Positions 7,786 to 10,449 of a DNA stretch of 10,449 nucleotides are shown here, in pieces. A model generated the notes under the pieces. The model was given only the letters and a program-made list of their open reading frames with translations. It was not told the DNA's origin and searched no databases. The DNA lies in contig CBFIGT010000079.1 of NCBI GenBank assembly GCA_965662175.1, positions 1 to 10,449 of the forward strand, in the 5' to 3' direction. Numbering within the stretch: position 1 is the first letter of the stretch; every line of letters begins with the position of its first letter. The position numbers and the translations under genes were made by a program. This DNA comes from Arcobacter sp. GTDB lineage: Bacteria > Campylobacterota > Campylobacteria > Campylobacterales > Arcobacteraceae.

Positions 7786-8744
7786 TTTTATCTCCTGAAG
7801 TTTTAACAATATTAATACTTGATGCACTTTTATCAATTTTTTCATTTATAGCTCTATTTATCTCTTTAAAAATTGTTTTTAAATGGGATTTTAATTCCAC
7901 TTCAAAATCCCAATACAATCTAGAAAAACAGAGTTTTTTAGGTGCAACTATTATTAAATATACCCTTTATCTAAAAATATTACTTTTTGTTTTTTTTATA
8001 TTTACCTTAGACAAACTATCAAATGTAATTCATGGTGCCATGTGTGCTGCTGGAGTTGTTGATGCAACATCTTATGGAATATATCTTCTTTTATTTAAAA
8101 TCTTAAATATCTATTTATTTGGTTTTTGGTTAGTTCTTCATAATCATGATTTAAAACATGAAAAACTTCCCTTTACAAAACAGAAGTTTATTTTCTTTTT
8201 AGTTATTTTTGCTTTATTTATGATAGAAACTATTTTAGAAATTACAATGTTTGCTTCAATTGATATTGATAAATTAGTAAGTTGTTGTGGGACTTTATAC
8301 TCAAGTTCTCAAGACTCTTATGTTTCATCACTGTTTAAAATGAATCAAAACTATTTTTTGATGGCTTTTTATGTGGTTTTTATTTTACTTTTAATTTTTA
8401 AATATTTAAAAAACTCCTATTTATATACTATTTTTAATCTACTATTTTTAGTTTTAGCAATTATTACTTTGATACTATTTTTCTCAACTTATATTTATGA
8501 GCTTCCAACACATAACTGTCCTTTTTGTATATTACAAAAAGAGTATGATTATATTGGATATTTAATCTATATACTTCTTTTTTCAGGTACATTTTTTGGT
8601 TTTTGTGCTGGAATTTATGATATTTATTTTAAGCAAAAAGCTAAACTATTTTTTAATTATTCAATTATTTTAAATAGTTTATATTTGCTTTTAGTGAGCT
8701 ATTTTGTACTTAGTTATTATATTAGATTTGGAGTATTTTTATAA
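7782..8744 (+). CDS. Polytopic (~8 TM) membrane protein of unknown function with Cys/His/Met loop motifs
   Basis: ATGA overlap with the ATPase gene; about 8 hydrophobic segments; HGAMC (84-88), SCCG (C168/C169), THNCPFC (H244, C246, C249). Confidence 0.85.
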   Translation: MILSPEVLTILILDALLSIFSFIALFISLKIVFKWDFNSTSKSQYNLEKQSFLGATIIKYTLYLKILLFVFFIFTLDKLSNVIHGAMCAAGVVDATSYGIYLLLFKILNIYLFGFWLVLHNHDLKHEKLPFTKQKFIFFLVIFALFMIETILEITMFASIDIDKLVSCCGTLYSSSQDSYVSSLFKMNQNYFLMAFYVVFILLLIFKYLKNSYLYTIFNLLFLVLAIITLILFFSTYIYELPTHNCPFCILQKEYDYIGYLIYILLFSGTFFGFCAGIYDIYFKQKAKLFFNYSIILNSLYLLLVSYFVLSYYIRFGVFL

Positions 8745-8749
8745 AAAAT

Positions 8750-8776
8750 GATTAAAAAGTTTAAAACTTTTTAATC
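8750..8776. terminator. Bidirectional terminator-like hairpin between the convergent membrane-protein gene and ppk2
   Basis: GATTAAAAAGTTT-A-AAACTTTTTAATC: perfect 13-bp inverted repeat (12-bp stem with 3-nt loop as RNA), overlapping the ppk2 stop codon. AT-rich, so thermodynamically weak. Confidence 0.6.
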
Positions 8777-9670
8777 TAATTTTAGACCCCAAATCTTTGC
8801 ATTTTCTTTCATATTCTCTAACTCTTTTTCGCTAGAAATTACAATCTCAGGGTCAACATCAAAGTTAACTCTTTCATCTTTCCCCTCATAATCAACTTTA
8901 TTTAAAATAGTTTTTATTGCATTATATCTAGCAATAAACTTATCATCACTTCTAATAATAGTCCAAGGAGATTTTTCTGTATTTGTTTCTTTTAACATTC
9001 TATATTTTTTTATTGTAAACTCATTCCATCTCTCTTGCATTTGAAGGTCAATTTCACTTAGTTTCCACTGTTTTAAAGGATTCTCTTCTCTCTCTTCAAA
9101 ACGTCTTGCTTGTTCATCTTTAGTTACTGAAAAATAGATTTTTAAGAAATGTATTCCATGCTCTATTAAATCCTCTTCAAATCTTGTAACAGTTTTCATA
9201 AAAGTCTCATATTGCTCTTCTGTACAAAATCCAAAAACAGGTTCTACCATAGCTCTATTGTACCAAGACCTATCAAGTATAACTACCTCTCCACCCTTTG
9301 GAAAGTGTTGAATATATCGTTGAAAATACCATTGTGTTCTTTCAACCTCAGATGGCTTACCAAGGGCAACTACTCTATAATGTTTTTCATTCATATATCT
9401 AGTAATTCTTCGAATAGCTCCACCTTTTCCTGAAGCATCCCTACCCTCAACTAAAATAATCATCTTCTCATCATTTTTTTCTAAATGCTCTTGAAGCTTT
9501 ATAAGTTCAATTTGAAGTAATCTTAAAGCCTCTTCTTGTGACCTATACTCATATTTTTTGTGAAGCTCTTTTAGAAAACTCTCATCAGCCTTTGTTCCAA
9601 TTTTTTCAACAAATTCCTCAAATCCTAAAATATCTTCAATTTCTCTATCATAAAGTTTATCTATTTTCAT
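8771..9670 (-). CDS. ppk2: Polyphosphate kinase 2 (single-domain)
   Basis: Walker A EGRDASGKGG, VVALGKPS..E..QWYFQRY, Walker B DRSWYNR, lid PLKQWKLSEID, PWTIIRSDDK. GGGGAG RBS. Confidence 0.96.
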   Translation of the reverse strand: MKIDKLYDREIEDILGFEEFVEKIGTKADESFLKELHKKYEYRSQEEALRLLQIELIKLQEHLEKNDEKMIILVEGRDASGKGGAIRRITRYMNEKHYRVVALGKPSEVERTQWYFQRYIQHFPKGGEVVILDRSWYNRAMVEPVFGFCTEEQYETFMKTVTRFEEDLIEHGIHFLKIYFSVTKDEQARRFEEREENPLKQWKLSEIDLQMQERWNEFTIKKYRMLKETNTEKSPWTIIRSDDKFIARYNAIKTILNKVDYEGKDERVNFDVDPEIVISSEKELENMKENAKIWGLKLD

Positions 9671-9696
9671 ATATTCTCCCCAAAAATAAAGTAATT

Positions 9697-9705
9697 ATTA
9701 TAGCA
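9697..9705 (-). promoter_or_regulatory. Extended -10 promoter (TGnTATAAT) for ppk2
   Basis: Plus-strand ATTATAGCA reads TGCTATAAT on minus, a perfect extended -10 about 27 nt upstream of the ppk2 ATG. Confidence 0.75.
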
Positions 9706-9758
9706 ATAATTAGTTGGATTTTTAACTCTATTTTATTTTAAATTTGAAAAATTTTCTA

Positions 9759-9772
9759 TTGATTTGTGTCAA
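9759..9772. promoter_or_regulatory. Crp/Fnr-family (FNR/Nss-type) binding box
   Basis: TTGAT-TTGT-GTCAA: 9/10 match to TTGAT-N4-ATCAA and exact TTGA-N6-TCAA; centred at -41.5 if TAAACT (9795-9800) is the -10. Confidence 0.75.
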
Positions 9773-9794
9773 TGCTGAAAATACCAAAAAGAGT

Positions 9795-9800
9795 TAAACT
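9795..9800 (+). promoter_or_regulatory. Putative -10 box (TAAACT) of the DUF2249-like gene
   Basis: TAnnnT hexamer at class II spacing from the FNR-type box; predicted +1 at A9807; AAGGT RBS at 9818-9822. Confidence 0.55.
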
Positions 9801-9828
9801 TTCAACATATTAAATTAAAGGTTAAATC

Positions 9829-10158
9829 ATGGAAAAAATAGAAGTATTAGGCTCAACAGTAGATTTTTTTAAATCAATTGAAAATGGCTTAACAACATAT
9901 CAATTTGATACAAGTAAATGTGGACCACCAGATCCAATGGTAAATGCAATGGCAGGATTACAACTATTAGATGAAAATAGTCAACTAATAATGATAAACC
10001 ATAAATCTCCAGGTGGACTTTTCCCAAAAGTTGAAGCTGAGTTTGATTTTATAGAAGATAAAACAGAAGATGGAAAAGCAAAAGTAATTTTTACAAGAAA
10101 ACAAAATGCAATTAATTCTACAGATTTTACTCAAAATACTTGTAGTGGCGGAAAATAG
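9829..10158 (+). CDS. Small cytoplasmic DUF2249/TusA(SirA)-like protein
   Basis: FDTSKCGPPDPMVNAMAGLQLL...LIMINHKSPGGLFPK resembles the DUF2249 pattern (D....PPEP....L..L...L....H.P..L). AAGGT RBS. Confidence 0.7.
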   Translation: MEKIEVLGSTVDFFKSIENGLTTYQFDTSKCGPPDPMVNAMAGLQLLDENSQLIMINHKSPGGLFPKVEAEFDFIEDKTEDGKAKVIFTRKQNAINSTDFTQNTCSGGK

Positions 10159-10164
10159 TTTCAT

Positions 10165-10449
10165 ATGAATATTTCAACTGCCTTTGCACCACCTTTTAAG
10201 CTTATAGCTCCATTTTTTATATTAGCAGCATTTGTTTTTGTAATAAGTATTTCAATGCTTTTTGGTTTTGATGTACAAATTATTCATAATTTAGATAGTG
10301 CTGTATTATCATGGGTTCATTTATTTTTACTTGGCTTTGTAATGATGATAATCTTTGGAGCAATGGCACAGTTAGTTCCTGTAGTTTTAGAAGTTGGTCA
10401 TTTTGCAGTTGATTTGTATTATGCAATATATCCTTTGCTATTTATTGGA
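10165..10449 (+). CDS. Membrane protein, NnrS/heme-copper oxidase subunit I-like, 5' part (runs off the right edge; not in the ORF track)
   Basis: Open frame from ATG 10165 to the window end: MNISTAFAPPFKLIAPFF...SWVHLFLLGFVMMIIFGAMAQLVPVVLE..., with an intramembrane HLxxLGxxxxxxxGxxxQxxP motif; begins 6 nt after the previous stop. Confidence 0.75.
   Translation, partial: MNISTAFAPPFKLIAPFFILAAFVFVISISMLFGFDVQIIHNLDSAVLSWVHLFLLGFVMMIIFGAMAQLVPVVLEVGHFAVDLYYAIYPLLFIG

Noticed and set aside
7706..7918. 70-aa minus-strand ORF
   Set aside because: Antisense across the ATPase/membrane-protein junction; no supporting signals.
543..8744. Reading the locus as a nos (N2O reductase) cluster or as a mobile island
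   Set aside because: No nosZ, nosD, NosY-type permease or nosGH in the window; no integrase, transposase, tRNA, flanking direct repeats or obvious compositional boundary seen.
9212..9433. 73-aa plus-strand ORF
   Set aside because: Antisense within ppk2.
9538..9741. 67-aa plus-strand ORF
   Set aside because: Antisense to the ppk2 5' end and its promoter; no motif or convincing RBS.
10141..10158. C-terminal GG(K) as a masked ThiS/MoaD-type sulfur-carrier tail
   Set aside because: The rest of the protein looks DUF2249/TusA-like rather than beta-grasp, and no ThiF/MoeB or JAB protease gene is visible.

Overview
Very AT-rich bacterial DNA whose gene content and sequence style (HQWRQP-type histidine kinase H-box, -10-dominated promoters) suggest Campylobacterota, probably Arcobacteraceae; the taxonomy is inferred. 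Between two housekeeping genes (5' part of purH on the left, ppk2 on the right) lies an ~8.2 kb divergent locus closed at each end by a perfect hairpin. The left arm (minus strand) encodes a membrane-anchored NosL-like protein, a DsbD_2/TauE-SafE-type Cys-motif membrane protein, a soluble 4-PAS histidine kinase and a secreted His/Met-rich NosL-family protein. The right arm (plus strand, all genes overlapping) encodes a secreted NosL-family protein, a small membrane protein, an FtsX/LolE/MacB-type permease, a LolD-type ATPase and an 8-TM protein with Cys/His motifs. No nosZ or nosDFY is present in the window. The two secreted NosL proteins share a ~50-aa two-Cys module in opposite domain order. 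My inference is a poorly characterised periplasmic metal (probably copper)/thiol-handling system. Right of ppk2, an FNR/Nss-type box sits at -41.5 of a predicted promoter for a DUF2249/TusA-like gene and a truncated NnrS/heme-copper-oxidase-like membrane protein gene. Family assignments come from motif recognition only; no searches were run.
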